A stretch of DNA of 63,543 nucleotides, the filler included, from Collodictyon triciliatum (Eukaryota), in NCBI GenBank assembly GCA_043381765.1. It is 8 parts of 8 records of this genome, joined end to end, with 100 filler letters (N's around TTAATTAATTAA, not from the genome) between each part and the next. Parts side by side here need not be neighbours in the genome. Positions count along the whole stretch, not along the records: positions 1 to 8,699 come from JBHJMP010003320.1; positions 8,800 to 17,509 come from JBHJMP010003321.1; positions 17,610 to 26,302 come from JBHJMP010003322.1; positions 26,403 to 35,090 come from JBHJMP010003323.1; 4 more parts are not named here. One strand, given 5' to 3'. The notes beneath the pieces were generated by a model, which saw only the letters and a program-made list of their open reading frames with translations, was not told the DNA's origin and did no database searches. The translations under genes were made by a program, and so were the position numbers. Shown in pieces: positions 1-26,487 of this stretch. How positions within the stretch are numbered: position 1 is the first letter of the stretch; every line of letters starts with the position of its first letter.

Positions 1-97
1 CATACATACATACATACATACATACATACATACATACATACATACATACATACATACATACATACATACATACATACATACATACATACATACATAC
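1..97. repeat. (CATA)n microsatellite
   Basis: Perfect tetranucleotide array directly upstream of ATG 106. Confidence 0.98.
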
Positions 98-105
98 CAG
101 AGAAG

Positions 106-8344
<8,239 letters not shown>

Positions 8345-8418
8345 GTTTGGATAACTAAGGCCTTAATAATATTTACATCGCGATGATTAGATGACACGCA
8401 AATAATAGGAATTTCAAT

Positions 8419-8699
8419 ATTATTATTATTGTTATTATTATTATTATTGTTATTATTATTGTTATTATTATTATTGTTATTATTATTGTTATTATTATTA
8501 TTGTTATTATTGTTATTGTTATTATTATTGTTATTATTATTGTTATTATTGTTATTATTGTTATTATTATTATTGTTATTATTATTATTGTTATTATTAT
8601 TATTGTTATTATTATTATTGTTATTATTGTTATTGTTATTATTATTGTTATTATTATTGTTATTATTATTATTGTTATTATTATTATTGTTATTATTAT
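8419..8699. repeat. (TTA/TTG)n microsatellite at contig end
   Basis: Directly visible. Confidence 0.97.
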
Positions 8700-8799
8700 N
8701 NNNNNNNNNNNNNNNNNNNNNNNNNNNNNNNNNNNNNNNNNNNTTAATTAATTAANNNNNNNNNNNNNNNNNNNNNNNNNNNNNNNNNNNNNNNNNNNN
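8700..8799. other. Artificial contig spacer N44-TTAATTAATTAA-N44
   Basis: Exactly 100 nt with a six-frame stop linker; recurs seven times. Confidence 0.99.
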
Positions 8800-8802
8800 A
8801 GG

Positions 8803-8803
8803 A

Positions 8804-8834
<31 letters not shown>

Positions 8835-8908
8835 CAAAACAAAACAAAACAAAACAAAACAAAACAAAACAAAACAAAACAAAACAAAACAAAACAAAAA
8901 CAAAAAAA
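8803..8908. repeat. (AAAAC)n microsatellite
   Basis: Directly visible. Confidence 0.96.
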
Positions 8909-8963
8909 TGCGCTATAGAAAAAAGATATATCAAAAGTCGTTATAGGTCATTGTGCAAAATAC

Positions 8964-11021
8964 CTGTAATTGCGTGCCCAACGTCTTTGCATGCCCGTCA
9001 GCCTCAATCGGTGCGGACTTCAGCTTCATGGCTGTGATAATCCACTTAAGAAGTTCAGCACAAGAGTTTGTGTCGTTCTGGATAGAGGAGCGGTCAGAAG
9101 TCACCAGAACAACAGAGCTAGCGATTGGCAACGAGTTAGTGTCCAGAAAGCTGCGGATTCCTTCGACCGTGTTGATGGTTGGGTGGCGCTCTTGTCTTGT
9201 GGCCACGATAATCATGTGTGTTCCTGGGCGCGCTATACCACGAGTTGATAGCCAGAGATGTTGTCAAATAATAAGATATAAATGCATGGAAAAGGGATTA
9301 CGGAGGATGTATGAAAAGAAAAGTTTGTGCAGAGGATGTAGATGCATATTTCAAGGAAGAAATGCAGCGAGCGAATAAAGATATATAGGAGAATACATAT
9401 GTGGCGTTAAAAAAGAAAAGAAAAGGAGAGTCAATAAAGCATTTGAATCAAGTAGATCAGGGGGGGGGGGGGGTTTAAGTGTGTCCATCATGTGTTTCTA
9501 CGAGATTTACAAACCAAAGAGAGCTACTTCGTGGAGCATCTGGCGAGCAAGTGGTACCCGAATTCTGTCGTTGAAATCGATCACATAGATCACGCTGTTG
9601 ATGTCGTTAGAGAACCATTCTCGCCAAGAGGTTCGGTGGCTACAGAGACAGTCACAGACGAAGACAAGTAGTGATAAAATATGAGCAGAGTGGTCCATGC
9701 AGAAGTTGAGTTGTGAGCGCATCACAAAGATTAAAATAAGTAAAATCGTATTGAATTTCGGGTTTAAAGGCAACTACTCGAAGTTGAAATCGAATTGAAA
9801 GTCTCTCAAGCGGTAGATGAGATATATTGGATTGAATTAATGTTATGGGTCGTTAAAGAGAGGAAAAGGGAGAAACCTCTATGAATATATAAAAAGATGA
9901 GTTCTGTTTACCTGAAGACGTTGGGAGTGTCGATGAACTTGAATGCCATTCCGGTAGGAGATGTTAGCACTATATCAGTGGTTGTCTTGGTTGAGAATGG
10001 ATTCACACTTCCGGGCTTCCAAACCTTGACGTTTTTCGCCATTATATCTTCAATTCGCATGGGTCGGAATATTTCTCTGATGAGAGAATTCACAATGGTT
10101 GTTTTGCCACTTCCCTCAAGTCCTACGAACAAGCTGTCGCATCGGCAGTAGAGCAAAAAATAAAATAAAATAAAATAAAATAAAATAAAATAAAATAAAA
10201 TAAAATAAAATAAATAAAAAATAAATAAAAAATAAATAAAAAATAAATAAAAAATAAATAAAAAATAAATAATAAATAAATAATAAATAAATAATAAATA
10301 AATAATAAATAAATAAAAAATTAGTAAAATAAATCAGCAACACTCACATCATGGAGGGGTACACAAGAACCATAATTTAGAAGATCAGCAGTAGTGCTAG
10401 GAGCGATGGAAAAAGAGAAAAAAGAGAAAAAAGAGAAAAAAGAGAAAAAAGAGAAAAAAGAGAAAAAAGAGAAAAAAGAGAAAAAAGAGAAAAAAAAGAA
10501 AAAAGAGAAAAAAGAGAAAAAAGAGAAAAAAGAGAAAAAAGAGAAAAAAGAGAAAAAAGAGAAAAAAGAGAAAAAAGAGAAAAAAGAGAAAAAAGAGAAA
10601 AAAGAGAAAAAAGAGAAAAAAGAAAAAGAAAAAGAAAAAGAAAAAGAAAAAAAGAAAAGAAAAAAGAAAAAGAAAAAAGAAAAAGAAAAAGAAAAAAAGA
10701 AAAAGAAAAAAAGAAAAAGAAAAAAAGAAAAAGAAAAAGAAAAAGAAAAAAAGAGAAAAGAAAAGAGAAAAGAAAGTACGGAACCACAGCTTACCAAGTG
10801 CACATATTGGATGTTCCAGAGGGCGTGAGCGTTTTGGCGACCTTCTGCTTCGGCTTCCAAAAGAGAGAAGACTGCGAGCTGTGCACCGAGCTTCCCGACG
10901 ACGGAACTCCGGCCACGATCGGCTGCTGCACAACTGGGTTTGTGTGAGAGTGCGGCTGATCCGGCTGCGTGGCAGGATTTCCCTTCGCCTGGGCAGACTG
11001 TGAGGCATAGCGCAGATCCAT
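8964..11021 (-). CDS. Divergent Arf/Arl-like small GTPase, multi-exon, 3' end cut by contig end
   Basis: Spliced translation: CLFVGLEGSGKTTIVNSL (G1), FKFIDTPNVFSHRTSWREWFSNDINSVIYVIDFNDRIR (aligns to Arf DVGGQDKIRPLWRHYF...IFVVDSNDRER) and MIIVATRQE (G4 position). Confidence 0.75.
10155..10775. repeat. Two arrays in GTPase intron 1: (AAAAT)/(AAAT)n at ~10155-10320 and (GAGAAAAAA)n/(GAAAAA)n at ~10409-10775
   Basis: Directly visible. Confidence 0.93.
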
Positions 11022-12254
11022 GGCGCTTGTTCCTTCGCACAGACGTATGCGACAAAGCACTGCTTTCACGGGCGGGTTTGTTAGTATGTGGAGACACTGT
11101 CCAGCGGATTAGAAACAAGGACGCGAGTTATTCCTTCCTTCCTTCCTTTCTTGTTTTTTTCCCCCTTCTCCTTCCCTCTCTCGCTCTCACTCGTTCTCTG
11201 TCTTTGGGTTGGGGATTTCGACTCTTTTTCGGCTTTCGTGTGTAGAGAAGTTGCTGCGTGGTGGGCGAAAAAAAGTGGCTGGAGTGCAAGCAGACTGGTG
11301 TTTGCCAGAGTGGAAGGGAGGTGCATTTGGCGGAGCAGACACGTGAGAGATTATCAAGTGGTCTGATGGCGCACGGCCTAATTCGCGTGTGTGGATTGAT
11401 GCTTCTCTTCTCTTCTCTCTTCTTTCTGTTTCTGTTTGCTGTGTTTGATCCTGCTGCATCTTTCCACGCCAGTTTCCTTCTACTTGATATATCATGATTT
11501 GGCAGCGGTTTTTTTTTTGCGTGTTTTGTGACTGGCAGGACTTTGGCAACATCTGCCTCGAGGGAAGCGGCTTTTGGTTGATGAATCCAGCAACGCAAAA
11601 CTCGTGGACTTTGTCGTTCGTCCCGCTTGTGGGATTGAGGCTGCTGCGTTGCGGCGCACAGAGTTCACATAGAGACACGCGAGTAAAACATAGAGAAGCA
11701 AAATAAGCAGGAAAACACATAAACAAGGAAGCGAATAGATGCGGGTATTGGAAGTGTGGATGGAGACAAACTATGGGAGAACCACACACAAAAAAAAATT
11801 AGAGAAAAAAAATAGAGATCCAAATTAAGCGAATAGAGCCGAGAAAATTGCCTTCTATGAACAAAAAGACTGAAAACGTTAGACGGATTCAAAATGAGAA
11901 AATGATTACAATTGTAATATGTCAATTACTGTTTACTAAAGGATATACGCAAATGTGGATTAAATATCCAAAACGTTTCAGGCGTAAAATGCATTTCTCT
12001 ATAACTGGAAGTTGGTGGTTTGTTTGGGTTAGAGGGACATACACAATGGTGCCAGTTGTGATTTTCTGTGTGACTCCAGAGAATGAGAGAATGAGAGCAC
12101 CGACGAACTCCCTTGATGTAGGTTTCTACTTTAAAGACAGTTACGAAGTGCTGCTGTAAATGAATAGCAAATGAGGATGATATTGACAAAGTTTTGCTCG
12201 AGGGAAGAGGAGTAAGACGGCCTGGATAGCTTCGAACACTTCCAAGTTCTTTGT

Positions 12255-17509
<5,255 letters not shown>

Positions 17510-17609
17510 NNNNNNNNNNNNNNNNNNNNNNNNNNNNNNNNNNNNNNNNNNNNTTAATTAATTAANNNNNNNNNNNNNNNNNNNNNNNNNNNNNNNNNNN
17601 NNNNNNNNN
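17510..17609. other. Artificial contig spacer
   Basis: N44-TTAATTAATTAA-N44. Confidence 0.99.
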
Positions 17610-17685
<76 letters not shown>

Positions 17686-17945
17686 TGCGGTCTTTTTTTT
17701 CTTTTTCTTTTTCTTTTTCTTTTTTGCTCAGATAGTGTCCTGTTATAATTCCTCCCCAAGACGGTTTCTTCCGAAAAAAAAAACACAACACACCCAATTT
17801 TCCATATTCTAACGCTTCGATGCAACAAAACGCGTGGACGGAATTCAGAAGGCATCACCGTCTGGATTGAGGCTCTTTTTTTTTTTTCCATTATTTTGTT
17901 TAAGCTGAAACTACTCAATAGGATATACCCTTGGCTCATAGTTTA

Positions 17946-20900
17946 ATGAAGAAAGTTCAAAAAAATGCGTCTCTCATCTCTAACCAAGGCTTGAGGTATT
18001 TATCTATTCACTATGCATTACTACAAACTGTATTTTCATCAGTCACATGAAATTTGTTTTCTTTCTCAACAAGGTTATTTTGATCGACTATAATTTTTGT
18101 TAGAGATACAAGCTCAATTAGCGTGGAACAAAAATCAAAGGTTTTCTTTTTAATGATTTATCAATCATCGAACATTTCAATCAGATGGTGCTGATATAAG
18201 CTACTTCTATCAGACTCGAATGAATTTTCTAATGTGCTTTAAGATACAGCCTGCGAAAGAGAGGCAGACACTTCTTGCTGGTTTCTTCAATCAAAAAACG
18301 AATGACTACATTCCAGGCGAATCTGCGATAGATAAATTCACTTGCGACAAAGATATGAGATCGACAAGTCGATATTTTCCTGTCGTTGAGGGTATTCCCT
18401 TTGTTCCAGTTTATTGACGTATCTACTGTTTGGTCCCCTGGCCTCCTAATCACATTGAAATTTATGTGTATTCGGTACCACTTAGCACGATTTTATCACC
18501 AAAATGCATGACTTTAATTTATTCAAACCAAATTACTGGTTACGTAGAACCCTTTTTAGACCTCAACAAAGCTCCTCAGTTTCCTGCTGGCGACGTTGTT
18601 AAAGCTGCGCATAAAAGTATATTTCTATGCTACCCATATAATGATGATATGTAAACATCTGAATTAGGAAAGTGTGTTTTTTCACTCACCGCCTCGATCA
18701 TCATCAAAGAAGCAGATCCAAAAAAGACAGGAAGGAAAAGGACAGCCCTAGAGTCATCCTCAGCTCCGAATGCGTGGAATGGTGATGATGATACACCCAT
18801 CATACTAAATCAAAATAGGATTCAACCTCCGCCCCAAAATACTGCACCCATATCGAAAAGGTTATTCTAAAGCTCTGTTGAGCTAAATTTTCCCAATCAC
18901 CTCTTGACCCTTGATCCTGTCGTTTGTTCTACAACAAAACAATTCATATTCGTTCCTTGTATTTTTTTTTTTTTGCTTTGTTTTGTTTTGTTTTGTTTTA
19001 TCCTTTCACTTGCGATAGTTTACGGAAGTGGAATTAAATGGATTTCGTTATCAATGATTCTCTCAATACAGGAAAAAGACTGAAAGTATAAAAAGTGCCC
19101 CAAAGCAGCAAATAGCAAACAGGCAATCAGAAGTCAAGGCTGAATCAAGTAGCAAACCTACAAAATCTTCGTCAAACTTACCGAGACCTTTGCGCATTGA
19201 GCCTGGCGACACATCAGACACACACCAAACATTTATAGTAAATGAAAACATCCCTGAAAAACAGCTATAATCCCCATCATTTTGGTGGGAAAAACCGAAG
19301 AAAATACATTTAATTTCCTCCTTAATTAACTGAATTTCTCAAAACACTTTTTTTTATTTTTTTTACACGTTGAAAAAATGACAGATTCATGATAATTTAT
19401 CTCAACAAAACCCAACAAAACCATGCCCCACAGAAATAAAAACGTGGATCTACCCATGTATGTTTCAGATATCACTTCAAGCCATGCAATATATGTGTCC
19501 TTGATTATTATTTTCTCATTGTCCAACTAGCAATTATTAAGATAAAATTACTTATTTCAGAACGTGTTCATCAGTTACTTATATATTAATCGGCTTTTTT
19601 TCGGCGCAAACACCAGCAAACTATCCAAAAAGAGACTACCAATTTAATATCGTCAAGAAAGCACTGTTCCAGAATACTCTCGTTTGTTTGCCAACCGGGC
19701 TTGGAAAGACTTTTATAGCAGCAGTGATAATGTATAACTATTACAGATGGTTTCCAGAAGGTAAGAATGCTTTAGTTTAACTCGTACTACTTCCCATCAC
19801 CCATGGTAATGCCAAAATTAAAGCGTCATTATATTGAAAGCGATAATCGGCATCGAATATCTACAGGGAAAGTTGTTTTTATGGCACCCACAAAACCGCT
19901 GGTAGCGCAACAAATTGAGGCATGCTACTCAGTCACAGGTATACCACAGGTGGGAGCGACGAGTTTGTTTGCTTGTTTGTTTGTTTGTTTGTTTGTTTGT
20001 TTGTTTGTTTGTTTGTTTGTTTGTTTGTTTGTTTGTTTGTTTGTTTGTTTGTTTGTTTTACCCATCATAATTATTAAATGAATAATATTTATATATTTCC
20101 ATAATCTCATTATATATTTAATAATATTTTAAAATCTGCTAGTACGATACAGCGGAAATTACTGGTGAATTAAATCACGAAAAGAGAGCCTTGCTCTGGA
20201 AGATGAAACGTGTGTTTTATGTTACTCCACAAAGTATGGCCAGTGATTTGCAAAAAGGTTGTTACTGTTTATGTATGAGATATGTGGCACAAATTGATCC
20301 AGTAATCACCATGTTGCTTCGTATATTTGAATTGGCTTCTTTTTTTATCTGGCCTCATGATGCATCTGGATTTCCAATGCCATTATATATCTTAGGCGCA
20401 TTTCCTGCAAAAAGTGTTGTGTGTTTAGTTGTCGATGAAGCCCATAGAGCACAGGGCAACTACGCCTACTGCACAGTAGTTAGGTAATCACTAACTTTAA
20501 GAATCAAAAAAAAAAAAACAAGAGATAATAAACAAAGGTATTTTATTGATCAACTCTTAACTCCCATCTGGTGCTGTCAAGCTTTTTTTAAATAATAATA
20601 ATGAATTACCTAGATTGAATAGCCCTCTTTATGAGAAATAATATCAATTATTCACATATTAATGAAATATTAGGTATATAAGGAATGTGAATCGATTTTT
20701 TCGTGTTCTTGCATTATCTGCCACCCCAGGCGCGAACATTGATGCAATTCAAAGTGTATGTTGATTAGCCTTAAGCAGGATAAATATGCATTATTTTGAA
20801 AATAATGAATGAGAATATTTCTATGATTCATTTGATATTAAATTATCATTGATAAATCGAATAATTCAATGTCATCATTACTTGTCTGTTTCATTTCTAG

Positions 20901-23900
20901 GTTATTGAGAATCTGCTTATATCCCACCTGGAAGTACGAGATGAGCACGATATCGATGTCAGGGCATACGTTCATAACAAACAAATTGATGTGATGACTG
21001 TACGTTTAAGTCCTGAAATGATGGTTTTACGAGTAAACTTTATTGATTTGCTGCGAACTCCGATTAATCGCCTCTGCGATCTGAGAGTATTTTCTGAGCG
21101 TGACCCCACCAAGATATCTCAGGGTTCATTGATAAATGCAAGAGACAGGTCGGTTTTTTTTATCTGTTTCATTCTTTTCCTTCCTTTCTTTGTTTCTTTG
21201 TTTCTTTGTTTCTTTGCTTCTTTGCTTCTTTGCTTCTTTGCTTCTTTGCTTCTTTGCTTCTTTGCTTCTTTGCTTCTTTGCTTCTTTGCTTCTTTGCTTC
21301 TTTGCTTCTTTGCTTCTTTGCTTGCTTGTTTCTTTGCTTGCTTTGCTTCTTTGCTTGCTTGTTTCTTTGCTTGCTTGCTTTTCTCTTTCTTTTTGCTGCT
21401 GCTTTTAGCTCGATTTTTTAAAAAGAAAACTTTTATTGTGAAACGCTCACTAGTGACGCAAAATTTTTATTGAAGATTCCGAATGTGTCCACCGCAGGGA
21501 ATTGGCCCCGGTGGTGTTGGAGCAGCAGAATCTTTCTTCGCCATCGCTATTTCTCTCTATCATGGTTGGCATCTACTCAATGCACACGGTCTGAGACCAT
21601 TTATAAAATTTTTGGAGGATTTAAGACGCGAACCTGTACAAGGAGATAGGTAGCTATGAATATTTATTCATAATTGGTTTCAGGTAATGTCATTCCATTT
21701 TATGAAAATTTGAACCAACCGATGAACATATTAGGAGTAAGAAGTTACGCTTGGAAGTTGCAACCCATCCAATATACGACACTTTAGTGAAAAGAGCGGA
21801 GGAGTTCTTTTCTAAAGAGTTTGCCTTAACTTTCAAATATAAAGCAAAGAAACACATGCACCATACAAAGTAGTAAATTTTTGCTCGCATTATTTTCTAA
21901 AATTATATCAATTACTTTATAGAATCGACCACCCAAAGCTACAAAAACTCAAGGAAATTGTGAGGCAACACTTTTCTTCCTCGGAGGCGAGCAGCAGAAT
22001 TATGATTTTCGCACAGTTTCGAGAAACTGTCAAGTAATTGCCAGATAATTTTTTTTCCTTACATGAAATCTAAAGTATATAAAGAAATAAGGCACAAAAA
22101 AAAAAAAAACATCCATATTTAACACTCATCAATCATAAGTCTGGTAAACAGCTTCTTTTATAATTTATCTTCCCTCGTTAAGCTCCATACTAGAGCTCTT
22201 GAAGCCTCTGCATCCCTTGGTCAAAGCAGCGGCTTTTGTTGGGCAGGGTTCAAATGGAAACATGAAAGGACTCAAGCAGAGAGAACAACAAGAGGTAATA
22301 AGCTATGTGCTTATAGGTGTGAAAGATATTTAATATCTGAAAGCGGAAGCGATTAAGTAAATAATTCAAAGCAAAGATGAAAATGACAGCATAATAATGA
22401 TGATAACAAAAACAACAATAATGAAGGTTGTGCTACAATTTCGAAAAGGAATTTTCAACGCTTTAGTCGCAACATGTATTGGCGAAGAGGGGCTAGGTTT
22501 GTTTTCAAAAGAAAGAGTATTTCGGTCAAAATTTTCGGCCTCATAAACCATGAGCAATTTTTAAATGTGTTCTATACTTTAGATATTGGAGATGTGGACC
22601 TTATCATCTGCTACGACGCTCAACAATCACCAACAAGGATGGTCCAAAGAATGGGAAGAACTGGGCGAAAGAGAGATGGGAGAATAGGTAGAATTAATCG
22701 TATTGGCTCTTCGTTCGATACGTTTCTTTTTCTTCTTTTTTTTTTAGACTGGAAGGATTTTTGAATACATCGCCATTTGCTTCAATCCCGATATACTCTT
22801 TCAATGGATTTAAAATGCTATTTTCTTTTTAAAATTTAAATTTGTATATTTGTATATTTGTAAATTTTCTCACAATCTGCCTCAGTCGTCTTATTGACAG
22901 AGGGTATCGAAGAACAGACATATCAAAGAAGTAAGAATAGCAAAAAGAATGTACAAAAAACGATTATCAATCGAAAGCATTCTGCTTTCATGTTCTATAA
23001 ACACAATCCTCTCATGCTGCCCCATAGCTCAGAAATCAGTGTTTTATACAAGTAATAAAAAAACCTGATAAATTTATTTTTCTTCATTCTAGCTAAAATT
23101 AATCATAACTCAGCTCTTAAATATTCATATGTCTATAGCATTCTATTCGTGACAAAGTTATTAAAAGAACCTCCTTTTTTTTCTAGGGAACTTAATATTG
23201 CACCATTTGACTTGGACACAAAAAAGTGCTTTTTTGGCTATTTTTGGCTTTTTTTGGCTATTTTTGGCTTTTTTTTGGCTTTTTTTGGCTTTTTTTGGCT
23301 TTTTTTGGCTTTTTTTGGCTTTTTTGGCTTTTTTTGGCTTTTTTTGGCCTTTTTTACCTTTTTTGGCTTTTTTACAAGATTTTTTTTACCTTTTTTTACC
23401 TTTTTTTACCTTTTTTGTCTTTTTTTTTTGCCTTTTTTACAAGAATTTATGTGTGTACTTACGTAACTTTGGTAATCATTAAAGGCAGGCACGAAAACTG
23501 TTCTCAAAGGGAAAACCTGCGACCTGGAAAGAAGAATCGGATTTCTTTCAAAAAAATTATGTGCCGTTGGAGCAACCCTTAGGATTATCAAACGACCCAA
23601 CGTGGCGCTCCAGCCTTACACCCACATACCACATCGGCCACTCACGGGTGGAAATCTTTCAACAACATCTACTGAATAAGTCAATTTAAGGCATTTACGA
23701 CCATATGATTTTTTTTCACTTTTTTATGGCCATTATTTCCCACTGTATAGGCTGAATATTATTTAAAATATACAGACAACAAAAATGATGGTCGATTTGG
23801 TGCAGAGAATAAGAGATCTTGAGTACGATTTTGTTGACTCTTACGGAACCAAGGTTGTTTCTATATTCTAAATCGATGAAACCGCGGATAAAGCGTAGGG

Positions 23901-26194
23901 AAAATTTGTTATGAGCACTGATTAACGACTACATTTCATTTATTAAACAACATAGATCAGAACAATTATCGAGGAAGTACACGAAAACGAAGTTCATCAG
24001 AATGTATGTGTTCCAAGGAATATATCAGAAGTCATCATTGTCCCACAGGAGCAATCTTTGTGTCCTTTTGATGAACCGTCATTCGACAATGGTACTTTGT
24101 TTAGACAAAAAAAAACACATAAAATTTGTATTGGTTTCCTGCATACACTTGCAAAATATTAATTGAATATATATATTATTTTCTTGTGCTCCAGAATATG
24201 TTCGTGAAGACTGCGGTAATTCAAGTGAGCATCTTGAAAAAAAATCCGACGAACTGTTCTGCAACCATGATTATTTTAATAGTATCTACTCAAATACAAC
24301 CGTTAAATTGCAAGATTTTGAATACGGAGACATAAGGGCTTACATACAAGCAGTGATTGGCAGAGAAAGTTATCAGAATGAAACTTTTCCCGTGTCTCCA
24401 ATGGAAGGTCGCGATTCGTTGGCTGAATCACCCTTTGATAATCAAGATATTTCTTTCTCTGAAAAAGACACCAATTCTGATGAAGTTGTATTCATCTCTC
24501 AGACGAAGCCTTTATCTAGGGCACACTCACAAAAATCACCATTATTGGAGGACGAAATCGTTCGTTCGCAATATTTTCCAATCCGTGAAGGTCAAATTCA
24601 TGGGAAAGAGGTGCATTACATCGGTTCATCTGACGAGGAATCTAGCCTTCAGTCTAGTGAAGTCAATAGAGATGACCACTTGTCTTTTAAAATCCCTTTG
24701 CCTTTAGAACAGCAACAGCAACCTGTAAATATAATTGTAACAAATATCGAGCCAGTGCTACATTTGCATGCAGCAGAACCCCTTGAGAGTGTTAAAAATT
24801 CGACAAATGTTGGGGCTATATATTCTACTATGAATGATTTTAATGATGATGAATTTGAGAAGGAACTTTTTTTCTTGGAGGAGAATATAGGCATTCTGCA
24901 AAAAGAATTTCCAGCTGTGGCTGTAACCTTGGATGAAACCAAATGTCACTCCCAAAGGGACCCAGCAAAAGCTGAAACAGTTCAAAATATGAACGAAATG
25001 CCTCTCTCTCCGATATACTTATCCTCCAATGACGATGTTATTTCCCCAATAACACCTTTCCAGGATGATTCTACCTTGGATCATATCGTCAGCTTACCAA
25101 CTCCCATGGTCAACACGCGTAGTACTGAAGGTGATACATGCCGTTCGTCCCAGAAGAAAATAGATTTTCCTGCGATTCCCACTCCTACAAAGGCTATAGT
25201 ACCATCTCCGGCGTCTGATGATTTCAGTATATCCCAAGTCGATAAGTATGTCGCCTTAAAATTCTTTACAACTCTTATTTTCTTTCATTTCCCAATCGTT
25301 TATGTAATTATCATTATTCAATCAATTTGCATATCACGGAAGGCGGATGGTATAAATGCCGGAATATTTCATGGAATAATCATCTTTTTGCATTTATTTT
25401 ACATATTTTTATATTGGTGTGTCTTCAGGCTAACAGACATTCATAATTTTGAACTTTGAAAGATTGCTGGAATCATCGAACCAAAGACGAACTCTGGGAC
25501 GGCTGAGAAAGTCCGCATGTGTCTCACTCTCTCAGGTCAGGGCTGCTACCGACAAAGACAGATCGCCCGTCAGAAAGACCAGGGCCAATACGGCAGGAAA
25601 TATTAAGGATCGCCCAACAGCTAAAGATGTTCAAGATGACTCTGATGACTTCGAAGACGGCGAAAGTGTGGGGCCCTTTAATCTCTCCGAGGAAAATGAG
25701 TCTGACATCAATTTTATTGACGACGAAGGCTGCGAAATGGGTTCAAGTGATGATACTGATGATGTCGAGGATGATGAAGCAGACGAGAATGAAAAGAAGA
25801 GAAACTCCGGCGGCATGCAATATCGCTTACACAAGAATGAGTCTCAGACACATGACTTCAGTGAAGCAGAAGAAGCGTCGGACGATGCAGAGGAAGAAGC
25901 TGAAGAGGATGAAGAGGATGAAGAGGATGAAGAGGATGAAGCAGATAAAGTGGAGATGAAGCACAGCTCGCCAGCCAGAAGGCTACCACGTTTTCAGCTA
26001 GCTGAAAAGAGTGCCAAGAGAATCGCCGAAAATGCCACTCACTTCGCGCAGGACAGTGATGATGCTTTTGAATCACCTGGCAAACCCACAAAGCCAAGCA
26101 TAGTCAACCCGCCACAGAAAAAAAAGTCAAGCAAGTCAAAAGACAAGAGGGGAGGAAAGCGAATCATCAGCGAATTTTTAGATTTGGAGGCTGA
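17946..26194 (+). CDS. FANCM: FANCM/Mph1 DEAH-box helicase/translocase, multi-exon, 3' end cut by contig end
   Basis: [84 protein letters not shown], and C-terminal EFLDLEAE motif at ~26172-26194. Confidence 0.96.
19963..20058. repeat. (TTTG)n intronic microsatellite
   Basis: Directly visible. Confidence 0.96.
21185..21400. repeat. 8-nt tandem repeat (TTCTTTGC)n
   Basis: FANCM intron. Confidence 0.93.
23229..23440. repeat. ~10-nt tandem repeat (GGCTTTTTTT)n grading to (ACCTTTTTTT)n
   Basis: FANCM intron. Confidence 0.92.
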
Positions 26195-26218
26195 GTATGT
26201 AAAAGAATTTAACTTCGC

Positions 26219-26281
<63 letters not shown>

Positions 26282-26302
26282 ATATTACAACCTATATCAC
26301 AT

Positions 26303-26402
26303 NNNNNNNNNNNNNNNNNNNNNNNNNNNNNNNNNNNNNNNNNNNNTTAATTAATTAANNNNNNNNNNNNNNNNNNNNNNNNNNNNNNNNNNNNNNNNNN
26401 NN
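26303..26402. other. Artificial contig spacer
   Basis: N44-TTAATTAATTAA-N44. Confidence 0.99.

Positions 26403-26487
<85 letters not shown>

Noticed and set aside
8744..8755. TTAATTAATTAA palindrome recurring every ~8.8 kb as a biological motif
   Set aside because: Always centred in N-runs; it is a six-frame stop linker added during concatenation.
10321..11008. Long poly-F/K/N/Y/L/I ORFs here and throughout the ORF track
   Set aside because: They are translations of intronic or intergenic microsatellites.
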